From an uncultured Alphaproteobacteria bacterium (GTDB lineage: Bacteria; Pseudomonadota; Alphaproteobacteria; Rs-D84), in assembly GCA_905233975.1 (NCBI GenBank), contig CAJOGD010000005.1:10362-74361 (forward strand): 64,000 nt of DNA. Direction: 5' to 3'. Within the stretch, counting starts at the first letter, position 1, and each line of letters opens with the position of its first letter. Shown piece by piece: positions 34,206 through 43,633 of the stretch. A program made the position numbers and the translations under genes. The notes beneath the pieces are model-generated. The model was not told the DNA's origin, ran no database searches, and was given only the letters and a program-made list of their open reading frames with translations.

Positions 34206-35381
34206 TTAATCCCTAACTTTCCACAGCCAACAATTCGCGTCGGTGTATTCCGCGGGGTTGCTTGTCGAATCCGATCCGGCGCATTCCATTTTATTCTGCT
34301 TTCTGGCCAAACCTTTGGCCAAAGAATCACCGGTGACAATTTTGGTTTGATCGGCCGCCTTCCAGTTATTTGCCGTTCCATTAAACGAGGTGGAATATTG
34401 GTCGGTTGCGGTCTGGGTATTACCGGTCCCACTGGTGGACCATTCCAACGTATTCGATACGGACGCGTTTAACGTGCTATACACATCTTTCAATAATTCC
34501 AATGAAACAAGTGCGTTTTTAACAAGTCCCTGATTTGCAGAAGTATCAGTTCCGAACGTTCCGGCCGTAAATGTGCTAAGTGTTGTGTTGTTCGCGCCCG
34601 TCACATAGTTAATGACCGCGGGTGCATTGGTCGTGGTGGTAAGGGCCTGACTGCCCCCGCCAGTGGTATAAACCTTGTCCGGGGAACCGGCACTGGTCCC
34701 CAATACGAGCGCCTGATTGGCCGCCGGAACAAAATTGGTGCTCGATGTCTTGGCGGGCAATTTATTTTGTTTTAACGCCAAACCATAGGCCAGAGCCTGA
34801 CCAGTGACAAGGCTGGCCGCATGGTCGGACGGCCAGTGGCCGGTCCCAGTGGTAGAAAAGCTTGTTGAATAACTGGTGGTTCCAATTTGATCATTGTTAC
34901 TGCCGCTGGTGGACCAACTCAACGCCGTCCAACTAAGGCTACCAATGCTATTGTTGAGCTCTGAATATACATCGTGCACTAATTGTAATGATGCCAACGC
35001 GCCTTCGACGTCTCTTCGGTCAAGTCCGTTGGAACTACTAATATCTCCGTCGCCCACCACATATTTACCTATCGCCTCCGCGTCCTCTTCCTTGGTCAAC
35101 GGATCCTCTAACCCACCGGCGATGTATAACTTTCCAACCTCGCCCAGGGTTTTGGTCAGGCTAATTGTCTGGCCGGTCACCGGCTCTGGCATGCCATCAT
35201 AAAATTCTGCGTGTTCATCATCGCTACTTAATGGGCCAAGTTTATCCTGTTTTATCTCATCAACATAGTATTTAGATGCAACGGTTTTTTTTGCAATATC
35301 CTCCGCCCTGGGGGCCGCAAAGGCCGATGATGTGGCAACCGTCGCCATTGTTCCCGCAATAAGATAATAACGTGTTTTCAT
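34206..35381 (-). CDS. Secreted Thr/Ser-rich protein related to the fibre-family stalk (no head domain)
   Basis: Signal peptide, KTVASKYYV..KQDKL, repeated ALxSLxLxxDVYS and KQNK units, C-terminal C...CWLW. Confidence 0.8.
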   Translation of the reverse strand: MKTRYYLIAGTMATVATSSAFAAPRAEDIAKKTVASKYYVDEIKQDKLGPLSSDDEHAEFYDGMPEPVTGQTISLTKTLGEVGKLYIAGGLEDPLTKEEDAEAIGKYVVGDGDISSSNGLDRRDVEGALASLQLVHDVYSELNNSIGSLSWTALSWSTSGSNNDQIGTTSYSTSFSTTGTGHWPSDHAASLVTGQALAYGLALKQNKLPAKTSSTNFVPAANQALVLGTSAGSPDKVYTTGGGSQALTTTTNAPAVINYVTGANNTTLSTFTAGTFGTDTSANQGLVKNALVSLELLKDVYSTLNASVSNTLEWSTSGTGNTQTATDQYSTSFNGTANNWKAADQTKIVTGDSLAKGLARKQNKMECAGSDSTSNPAEYTDANCWLWKVRD

Positions 35382-35654
35382 TTTATGTGTCCCTTCCTTT
35401 TATATTTTTGCTGTTGTTCCTTTTACGAATCGGAGTCTAGCAAAGTTTTGAAAATTAAGGCAAGCACTATTTTCAACCGCCCGGAAATCCGCGGCTTTGC
35501 GGTCCGATGACGCGATGGTGCGCCGCCGCATTCGCGCCCGTCGCACCATTGGCCTTTGGCGGTATGACGGCGGTTTTCGGGGCGGGCGTATTTTCCTTTG
35601 CTTTTAATGCGTTATTAGTATAAAATTAGAATATCAAAACAAAAGGAGTTTGGC

Positions 35655-36200
35655 ATGTGGACGACGATTGCCATTGTGGCGGTGATTGTTTTATATTTTA
35701 TTGCGGTGTATAACGGACTGGCCGCGCGGCGGAACCAGGTACGCGAGGCATGGGCGACCATAGACACGCAACTTAAACGGCGGTACGATTTGATTCCAAA
35801 TCTGGTTGAAACTGTGCGTGGTGCGGCGGCGCATGAAAAGGATACTTTGGCCGCGGTTATTTCCGCGCGTAATGCGGCGATGTCCGCGCGCGGGGCCGAC
35901 GGCAAATCGGGTGCGGAACCGGGCTTGTCCGGCGCACTTAACAAACTATTCGCCCTGGGCGAGGCGTATCCCGCCCTGCGTGCGAACGAAAACTTTGTGG
36001 AACTGCAACGCGAATTGACCGATACAGAAACAAAAATTCAATCTGCGCGCCAGTTTTATAATACTGTGGTTATGGGCCTTAATACTCAAATCGACCAATT
36101 CCCAAGTAATATCGTTGCGCGCATGTTTGGATTTACGCATGAAAAACTGTTCGAAGTTGATGAATCTGAACGTGCGAATCCACGCGTTAGTTTTAAATAG
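35655..36200 (+). CDS. lemA: LemA family protein
   Basis: YNGL, WATIDTQLKRRYDLIPNLVETV, EAYPALRANENF, ARQFYN, FPSNIVA. Confidence 0.95.
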   Translation: MWTTIAIVAVIVLYFIAVYNGLAARRNQVREAWATIDTQLKRRYDLIPNLVETVRGAAAHEKDTLAAVISARNAAMSARGADGKSGAEPGLSGALNKLFALGEAYPALRANENFVELQRELTDTETKIQSARQFYNTVVMGLNTQIDQFPSNIVARMFGFTHEKLFEVDESERANPRVSFK

Positions 36201-36209
36201 GGCGCGACC

Positions 36210-37241
36210 ATGCGAATGAATCCACCGGACCCGGGAAGAAATAAATTAAAATCCGCCGGTTTTTCGGACGATATGATTCAGTCTGTGTTTATGACATACA
36301 ATCATGGGTTTCCGGAAAACGTTGTCGATTATATGGTGGCACTGCGCGCGCATGGCATGCCCGACGAACAGATTATGATAATCATCAACACTGCAACCGG
36401 CGCGATGGGGATATTCGATGTTCGGCGATTTTTTCGTGAAATTGCCCCGCACTTTCGCCGATTTGGATTTACCAAGAAACGAATAGAGGACGATATTCGG
36501 GCGTTTGATGAAGAAATGCAAGAATATGGTCGGGCATTAATCGGTGTACGTAAAGTGGACGAACTTTGCCTGCATCCGAATATAGTATTTGGTGATCTCA
36601 ATCATCGGATTAATACCCTGTATATGATCGGAATGTGCACCACAGATGACGGTGAATTTTATCGCGCGGGCGTAGAATTTATTGAATGGGCGCGACGCGG
36701 CGAAACCCCAGATGACACGACCCGGACCATATTGCAAAAATGTGTTGGGCCGGACGGCGTTAATATGAAACGCCTATTGCGATTAACCGAAAAAGACGGC
36801 GATTTGCTCTCTTTGGGGCGCAGCATGGTTTCGCACCAAGATAGTAAAGAAATAAAAACCATAATCGCCATGCGAAACGCGCAATACGCACGTGCGGTTT
36901 TTGATTTCTTTGACCAAAACAAAGAGGAAATTCGCAAAATTGCGCGAAACTATACGGATATAAAATTTATGGCCGAACTTTACGAATTGTGCGTGGGGTG
37001 GCCGGGTTGGACATGTGCCATAGCACGAAAAAATGTTGACGTTCCGGGTCATTTTGTGACGCCCCGCGAAGGCGTGGAATACGTTATGAAATCGATTACG
37101 AACGGATTGCCGGACGACGTGCAAGACATGATGGCAAACATCGCAGTTCGCCAATTTGTAAAGATTGTGCCCGCCACAGAATATGAACCATGGTGGGCCC
37201 ACGTGGCGCGCCTGACAGAATACAGTCAGCAGAGGCGATAG
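36210..37241 (+). CDS. Hypothetical protein
   Basis: 343-aa ORF 9 nt after lemA; no family recognised; ends SQQRR. Confidence 0.7.
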   Translation: MRMNPPDPGRNKLKSAGFSDDMIQSVFMTYNHGFPENVVDYMVALRAHGMPDEQIMIIINTATGAMGIFDVRRFFREIAPHFRRFGFTKKRIEDDIRAFDEEMQEYGRALIGVRKVDELCLHPNIVFGDLNHRINTLYMIGMCTTDDGEFYRAGVEFIEWARRGETPDDTTRTILQKCVGPDGVNMKRLLRLTEKDGDLLSLGRSMVSHQDSKEIKTIIAMRNAQYARAVFDFFDQNKEEIRKIARNYTDIKFMAELYELCVGWPGWTCAIARKNVDVPGHFVTPREGVEYVMKSITNGLPDDVQDMMANIAVRQFVKIVPATEYEPWWAHVARLTEYSQQRR

Positions 37242-37309
37242 TTTAAAAAGCTTGTTTTTTCATATGTTTTTTGGTATAATCCATGCGTGAATAAAAAAAA
37301 GGAAATACA

Positions 37310-38893
37310 ATGGTTTCACCCAGAGCAAAAAAATTTATACTTGGTTCTGCGGTATTTGGTATGTTGTTTGGAACACCGTCTTGCGCAGACAACCAGAACA
37401 ATGGCAAAGACAAAAAATCGCCAAAAACCGAAGTCCCCGCGAAAAAGAAAAAACAAAAACCTGGTTTTAGCAAAAAATATAAAATCAAGACGCGCGCCGA
37501 TTTTGACCAGTTATATGCCGACGCGGAACCGTTTATTTTTGCGGCCATGATTCCCACCGAAAATTGGCGCACTGATTTCCACAACGATCGCCAAAAATCG
37601 AACGCCGTTCCGAATTCTGTCGGTGTTGGGCTTTTCTATGTTGGTGTAAAAAATGGCGCATTAGACTTTAATTCCCAGACATGGAAAAAGACAAAAAGTT
37701 ATGTGATAAGTTATCGAAGGTCGCACAACGGTAAAAATCCACCAAGTTTGAAACCGTATCAATTATACGAAGGAACGCGTGGTTGGTTCAAAAACATGGA
37801 TAGCGGCCGTCATTTAAATGAATTGTTTAGCCACCTAAAGGGCGCCGAACTTACGATAAATGAATTTGCGGCCATCGCCAGTATATATTATAACGACGAG
37901 GCCATTGGTAAACAGGTTTGCAATTATGTTAAAACCAATTACAAAAATCCGAAAAAATGTGCGCAGTACATTCTTAGCACAAGGATAAAACTCCCCGGAA
38001 TAAAGCCGCGACGTGTGCATGAAGTGCTGATGTATTTAAACCACAACAATTATTGTGTTAATGTCTTTGGTCTAGAGGTTGATGGGCACCTTGGGACATC
38101 GGTCAGTGGATTGGGCGGGCACTTTGACGCGCTAAAGAAAGGTATTACCAATGCCAAATTGGACGCGGCCGCCAATACAATCTATACGCGCGCGGTGAAA
38201 AACGGGCGCTCGATAAAATATTATGTGCAACTGATGAACAATCATCAAGATGCGGTACTTGCGTTCGCCGGCCAAACCGCCCAGACCATAGAAATGGACG
38301 AGCGTGGCGAATTGTATGCCAGGGCCATGACATTGTATAATGCCGCGGATTATGCGGGCGCACTTAAACTGTTCAAACAGATTGTCGCAGAAAACGGTAA
38401 TAGTGCCGATTTGCATAACGATATGGCAATAACTTATTACCATTTGGGCGAATATAAACAGTGTATAGAACAATGCCAAAAGGCGCTTAATACCGGTGAA
38501 CGTGAAAAGTATATGTATGCAACATACAATGCCGGATTGGCGTATTGGGCATTAAAAGACTATGACGGCGCCATCAGGAATTTCAAATCGGCCATTAAGT
38601 ATGCCACTGAATTTGGGGAAGACGATAATCGAAGTGTCTATGAAGGAAAGTTGGCGGCGTGCGAAAAAGCAAAAAAGGACAATGGCGCCACAAAAACCAT
38701 CAAACCGGCGAAAAAGAAAACACCGGCAAGTGGTACCAAGAAACCGGCCCAAAAGAAAGGCACTAAAAGCACTAATAAAAAGAAAGCAACAAAGAATATG
38801 AAGAACGGGACGCGAAAAGTTCGTGCTATGATTGAATTGGACAAACTGCGCCGCCAAGGCCTGGTCCCGAACAACGGCAGAGAATATGCATAA
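37310..38893 (+). CDS. Exported protein with GH24 lysozyme-like domain, TPR repeats and Lys-rich tail
   Basis: E-x8-D...SVGVG, LTINEFAAIASIYYN, LPGIKPRRVHEVLMYL; TPR-like helices (YNAGLAYWALKDYDGAIRNFKSAI); N-terminal signal with Cys. Confidence 0.7.
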   Translation: MVSPRAKKFILGSAVFGMLFGTPSCADNQNNGKDKKSPKTEVPAKKKKQKPGFSKKYKIKTRADFDQLYADAEPFIFAAMIPTENWRTDFHNDRQKSNAVPNSVGVGLFYVGVKNGALDFNSQTWKKTKSYVISYRRSHNGKNPPSLKPYQLYEGTRGWFKNMDSGRHLNELFSHLKGAELTINEFAAIASIYYNDEAIGKQVCNYVKTNYKNPKKCAQYILSTRIKLPGIKPRRVHEVLMYLNHNNYCVNVFGLEVDGHLGTSVSGLGGHFDALKKGITNAKLDAAANTIYTRAVKNGRSIKYYVQLMNNHQDAVLAFAGQTAQTIEMDERGELYARAMTLYNAADYAGALKLFKQIVAENGNSADLHNDMAITYYHLGEYKQCIEQCQKALNTGEREKYMYATYNAGLAYWALKDYDGAIRNFKSAIKYATEFGEDDNRSVYEGKLAACEKAKKDNGATKTIKPAKKKTPASGTKKPAQKKGTKSTNKKKATKNMKNGTRKVRAMIELDKLRRQGLVPNNGREYA

Positions 38894-39036
38894 AGGTTAT
38901 TAAATAGACAGGGCGTAAATCGCAGATAGAATATTTTTTGACAAAAGACTTGACATTATACTTTTTTGTATTATATTGTCCTGTGTAAGAGGGACGTGGT
39001 ATTGTTCCCAAGAACAATCAAAAAAGGAGACAAATT

Positions 39037-39339
39037 ATGGTAAAACAAGAATTAGATTCAACACAATTACGTTATGACGGTTTCATAAATGGCGCAGATG
39101 AACACGATGTATTGGCTGGCCGTACGGTTCCGCTTCTTCCGCTTTTGATACCGATGGCGGCCATCGTCACTTTCGGTCTTGCATACAACGGTTATCAATC
39201 GGTTCACGCATGGTTGGCGAATAAAAAGGCCGCAAAGGCCACGACGTCTTATAATATATCCGACGCCATGAAATCGTTTGACGCGGCAAAGACGGCAAAT
39301 TTCCATACGGCCGCGAATCAAATGGGTAAACGTTTATAA
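39037..39339 (+). CDS. Small single-TM hypothetical protein
   Basis: AGGAG RBS, TTGACA-type promoter upstream, one TM, terminator downstream. Confidence 0.75.
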   Translation: MVKQELDSTQLRYDGFINGADEHDVLAGRTVPLLPLLIPMAAIVTFGLAYNGYQSVHAWLANKKAAKATTSYNISDAMKSFDAAKTANFHTAANQMGKRL

Positions 39340-39348
39340 GTAAAAAGG

Positions 39349-39378
39349 AACCGCCGGATTCGGCGGTTTGTTTTTTTT
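39349..39378. terminator. Terminator between convergent genes
   Basis: aaccgccg gatt cggcggtt with T-run. Confidence 0.78.
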
Positions 39379-39389
39379 CGTAATTTTAC

Positions 39390-39812
39390 TTAATCGTCAT
39401 CGCGTTCTTCACGTTCTTCGTGATGTTCGCGCATTTCGTTGTGCATAGATTTTTTTGCCGCACGAAATTCCGCACGTGTGATGCAACCGTCCATGTCAAC
39501 ATCGGCCATGGCCAAGTTTTCCACCATCTTTGGGCACTTTATCGAATCCATGACCAAACAGCCGTTTTCAAATTTCGGCTGCATCTTTGGCATATGACGA
39601 TGACCGCCACAGCATGTGATCTTGGCGACCGCAAAGCCCAATGCGAACACGATTAGTAAAACGATAAACTTTTTAAATTTACCGCAATGGCAACCACAGC
39701 CACATGATGCGCCGCATTTGCATTCGTGCATTTCCGGCATTGGTTTTTCAACCGCGACAGTGCGTTTTGGTGCGCGCTTTGCAACTTTTTTAACAGATGA
39801 TTTTTTTTGCAT
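39390..39812 (-). CDS. Membrane protein with Cys/His cluster and EF-hand-like loop
   Basis: HECKCGASCGCGCHCG, one TM, DVDMDGCITRAEF. Confidence 0.75.
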   Translation of the reverse strand: MQKKSSVKKVAKRAPKRTVAVEKPMPEMHECKCGASCGCGCHCGKFKKFIVLLIVFALGFAVAKITCCGGHRHMPKMQPKFENGCLVMDSIKCPKMVENLAMADVDMDGCITRAEFRAAKKSMHNEMREHHEEREERDDD

Positions 39813-39935
39813 TTTCCTTCCTTTTGTTTTGCATGCACATTGTATAGAAATAAAAAACCAAAGTCCAGAATTTTTTGCAACCGCCGTTATGCCATGGGCG
39901 GTGGCAAGAAAAAATCCCGCAGGCGCGGGATCTTT

Positions 39936-40268
39936 TTATTTTTTCCAGAAAGCAAAGCCGGAACGTTTTTCTTCCTTTTTGCTTTCTTCGCGGGCGCGTC
40001 GCCGTTCGGCGCGACGTTCCTGAAACCTTTGTGCGGCCTCTTCATCACGTTGAATCAGCTTTAAAGTCGTCACAGATAATTTACCATTACGAACTTCTTC
40101 GTCAAATTCAACAATATCACCTTCGTTCAGATATCGCAAATCCGCATTTTTTAATGAACTTGAATGAACAAACACGTCATCCGTATTACCATCGGCATTT
40201 GCAGTGTCGGGCGCAATAAAGCCATAACACTTTTTACCGTTGTACCATTTTACTTTACCTTGGCGCAT
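39936..40268 (-). CDS. Cold-shock domain protein with charged C-terminal extension
   Basis: GKVKWYN..K.YGFI, DVFVH. Confidence 0.92.
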   Translation of the reverse strand: MRQGKVKWYNGKKCYGFIAPDTANADGNTDDVFVHSSSLKNADLRYLNEGDIVEFDEEVRNGKLSVTTLKLIQRDEEAAQRFQERRAERRRAREESKKEEKRSGFAFWKK

Positions 40269-40392
40269 CTTTTTTTCCTTTGATACCTTTGTTATGATTC
40301 AATCGATCGATCAAATCTATTTCGATTTTGTCATAACGAAAAAGTAAAATCAAGAAAATAACGCATGTGCCAAAAAGGACATTTGTCCCGGA

Positions 40393-41796
40393 TTATTTGT
40401 CGCGTTCGCTTTTATAGTATCGCAAAATTTCATTCATGACAAAGTTGAACAACCGCGTCGCCAATGTGTCGCCCGCAACCCGGCCGCCCGTTCGCGCATA
40501 CGGCATTGCTGTCCCCAATATAAAGCGCGCCATATATCGGAAAATCGCAATCTTTTGCGCCATATCCAACTTTAACGAAGAATTCGTTATGTAAAAGATT
40601 TCATTTTTCACCGCGGTGTCCAATTTATCCATAATGTTATCAATGACACCACTCGGGTAATAAAGTTTGTATTCGCGCGGGAAGCCTTCGAACAATGATA
40701 CATCATTACTGCGGCTATATAAAATATTCCACCCGACGCGTTCAAGCAAATCGTCCAAGCACCGACATATCATTTTATTGTACTGTGCAATACCGTTTTT
40801 ATGGGTTATTTCGGCAGCATCTGTTTCGATTTTTGCATTGGTTGCACATGGGTCTGCGCGCAATGTGGCATAGTAATCATGTGTTCGGCGTTCAAATTCA
40901 AAGAACGTCCGAACCTGGCATATAATTTCCATTGGGATAACATTATCCGGCGTGCCGATATTTATAATCACCTTGGAATCGCGATAGTTACGCGGATTTG
41001 TAAAGTCATAGAATTGGTCGCGCACCGAAATAACACGTTCCGGCATCATGTCGCGCAACCGTTCGATAAAGATTCGCGCCTGGGGTACCAAATCGAACAA
41101 ACATTTTACGCGCCACACGTCATTCAGGTGCAGATATGGTTTTTTAATCTTGTCCAACGCGCGCACCAAATCCGCCACAAGTTTATTGTCGGCATTTTTT
41201 ACTATGCTCAAAACTTCTTCGGCGGCGTTCGTGACATAGCGCGCATTAAAACATTTGCGAATTTGTGCAAGTATTTTGTCGGAATCTTTACGCACATCTG
41301 TGATAATACCCGAAACGGTTTCCACGACGTCATCAATAAAAGATTCGTAATATTTTCCGGTAATTTTATCCAGGGCGCGTTCGACATTTTTCTGGGCACC
41401 GACAATGACCGTCACAATCGAAGATACGGACAAATCAACCTTGTGCGATGCGCCGATTGTAAAAAACTGATTCCGCATCGGGTCCGCATCGAAACTGTGA
41501 TTAACAATGTATGAACAAAGCGGGTGTATATCGACGATTTTTATCGGCTTGTTCACCGATAAATCGGTCGCCTGGTCGTATTCAGTGACGGCCGTTTTTG
41601 GCGCGCCAAAGCATTTGCCCAACACATGAAAGACATCGCGATAGCACGCCATACCGTCGGCATAAAGTCGCCGCAAATATTCGGCGGTTTCGTCGTTTAT
41701 GCGGCCCGATGCGCACGCCTTGTCGATGAATTCGATATTGTGCCGATCGTGGTCGGCGGTCAGAATATCAACAATAGGCACACTCGCGTTTGGCAT
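40393..41796 (-). CDS. Hypothetical protein with divergent RelA/SpoT-synthetase-like nucleotidyltransferase motifs
   Basis: QKNVERALDK, LNDVWR, NYRDSKV, EIICQVRT...HDYYATLR in synthetase order. Confidence 0.55.
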   Translation of the reverse strand: MPNASVPIVDILTADHDRHNIEFIDKACASGRINDETAEYLRRLYADGMACYRDVFHVLGKCFGAPKTAVTEYDQATDLSVNKPIKIVDIHPLCSYIVNHSFDADPMRNQFFTIGASHKVDLSVSSIVTVIVGAQKNVERALDKITGKYYESFIDDVVETVSGIITDVRKDSDKILAQIRKCFNARYVTNAAEEVLSIVKNADNKLVADLVRALDKIKKPYLHLNDVWRVKCLFDLVPQARIFIERLRDMMPERVISVRDQFYDFTNPRNYRDSKVIINIGTPDNVIPMEIICQVRTFFEFERRTHDYYATLRADPCATNAKIETDAAEITHKNGIAQYNKMICRCLDDLLERVGWNILYSRSNDVSLFEGFPREYKLYYPSGVIDNIMDKLDTAVKNEIFYITNSSLKLDMAQKIAIFRYMARFILGTAMPYARTGGRVAGDTLATRLFNFVMNEILRYYKSERDK

Positions 41797-41805
41797 AAAA
41801 ATCCA

Positions 41806-43269
41806 TTACTTCATAATCGGGAACAGAATGACATCGCGGGCGGTCGGTTGGTCAAATACAATCATGGCCAATCTATCGATACCCATACCCACACCGGAAA
41901 TCGGCGGGAAACCATGTTCCATCGCACGCACAAAGTCGTTATCGGGATTGAACGCTTCTTCTTCGCCACCTTCGATACTTTTTGCCTGGTCTTCGAATGC
42001 CTTGGCCTGTTGGATTGGATTCACCAATTCGGAATAACCCTTGCACAGTTCGCCGCCCGTAACCAACAATTGATACATATCCAACCGCCGGTCATCGTCG
42101 TTATTATGCCGCGCAAGTGGCACCATATACGTCGGATAGTTATAAAGGAATGTCGGCTGGACAATTTGGTTGCGGATTTTCCGCTTGTACACATAGTCCA
42201 CCAATGTCGCAAGTGATTTCAAATCTTCCAATTCGTGCATTGGGAACATACCTTCGTCCACCAATTTTTGGCGCAACACATCGACGTCTTCAAAGTCCAA
42301 AATATTGCACCCGAACAGTTCGTTCATCTTGGCGGTATAGTCCATCATTTCATACTTGCTGAAATCAAGTTTTACCCCCTGGAATTCAATTTGCGACGTG
42401 CCACGCGCGCGCATTATCAGTTCTTGGACCATTTGCCATGTAAAGTCAATATTACGTTTATAGTCCCAATATGCAGCATACCATTCAATCATGGTAAATT
42501 CCTGAAGGTGCATTGCGTCCATACCTTCGTTGCGAAAATCCTTGGCCACTTCATAGACGCGGTCAAACCCGGCACCAATCGCCATCTTTAAAAACAACTC
42601 TGGCGAAATGCGCAATTGAAAGTCCGCGTTCAGTGCATTGTGATGTGTGACGAATGGTCGCGCCGCCGCACCCGACGCAATATTTTGCATAATCGGTGTT
42701 TCGATTTCCAAGAACCCATGGCTGTTCATAAATTCGCGCAAATGCTGGGTCATTTTGAACCGCCCAAGCAACGCATTACGCGATTCCGGATTCGAAACAA
42801 TATCCAAATAACGCTGGCGATAACGCGTTTCCATATCGGTAAGTCCATGGAACTTTTCCGGCAAGGGCCGCAAAGCCTTGGCCAAAATTTCGTAATTCGC
42901 CACACGCACAGTTAATTCGCCCGCGGTCGTGTGATAAAGTTTCCCGGAGATTCCGATAAAGTCGCCCAAATCGACATTGGACTTCATAAATTTATAGTTT
43001 TCTTCGCCCAATTCTTCGCGCGACATAGAAAACTGAATTTCGCCGTTTATGTCATAAATGCGCCCGAACATCAACTTTCCCATCCAACGCAGCGCCGTCA
43101 CGCGACCGCAAAGCCGAACGTCGGTGTCATCGGGCAATTCGCGCGCATCGGCAATCGTATGGGTGCGATCGAATTTATCTTTCCACACAACGCCATCGCG
43201 TGCGCGAATATTTTCGGCCTTTTGCAGGCGTGCGGTTAATTCGTTCGTAGACATATTATTTTCTGACAT
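41806..43269 (-). CDS. lysS: Lysyl-tRNA synthetase, class II
   Basis: OB domain, RPLPEKFHGL, RYRQRYLD, GAAARPFVTHHN, FRNEG, GMGIDRL, ILFP. Confidence 0.96.
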   Translation of the reverse strand: MSENNMSTNELTARLQKAENIRARDGVVWKDKFDRTHTIADARELPDDTDVRLCGRVTALRWMGKLMFGRIYDINGEIQFSMSREELGEENYKFMKSNVDLGDFIGISGKLYHTTAGELTVRVANYEILAKALRPLPEKFHGLTDMETRYRQRYLDIVSNPESRNALLGRFKMTQHLREFMNSHGFLEIETPIMQNIASGAAARPFVTHHNALNADFQLRISPELFLKMAIGAGFDRVYEVAKDFRNEGMDAMHLQEFTMIEWYAAYWDYKRNIDFTWQMVQELIMRARGTSQIEFQGVKLDFSKYEMMDYTAKMNELFGCNILDFEDVDVLRQKLVDEGMFPMHELEDLKSLATLVDYVYKRKIRNQIVQPTFLYNYPTYMVPLARHNNDDDRRLDMYQLLVTGGELCKGYSELVNPIQQAKAFEDQAKSIEGGEEEAFNPDNDFVRAMEHGFPPISGVGMGIDRLAMIVFDQPTARDVILFPIMK

Positions 43270-43466
43270 AAGGTTTCCTTTTTTGTTAAAAGAACGGGGC
43301 ACCACAAAGGTGCGCCCGTAAATTACTTTATGGTCGCACCATTATAACAAAAATTTTTTGCAAATCGTACGCATTTCGGTCGTTATTATGCACGCTATTT
43401 TTCCAAATGTAAAGTATTTTTTATCCACCTTCGCCAGAGGCTTCGGTGGACGGGTCCACCGCAACA

Positions 43467-43633
43467 CGTCATACCGCGGTAACGCGGTATCCCCCTGGGC
43501 TTTACCGAGAATTAAATCTCTGCCGGCCCGACGGGATTCTGGTTTCGCTCGGCTTACTGCCTGCGCGCAAATTTGTAGTTGTTTGAACTTCGCTTACGCT
43601 CGTTCTCACATACAAATTTTCGCCGGTATAACG
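43467..43633. repeat. Composite REP-like element, downstream flank of paralog 3
   Basis: REP arm cgtcataccgcggtaacgcggtatc plus 98-nt core 43528-43625 repeated at 44894-44991. Confidence 0.88.
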
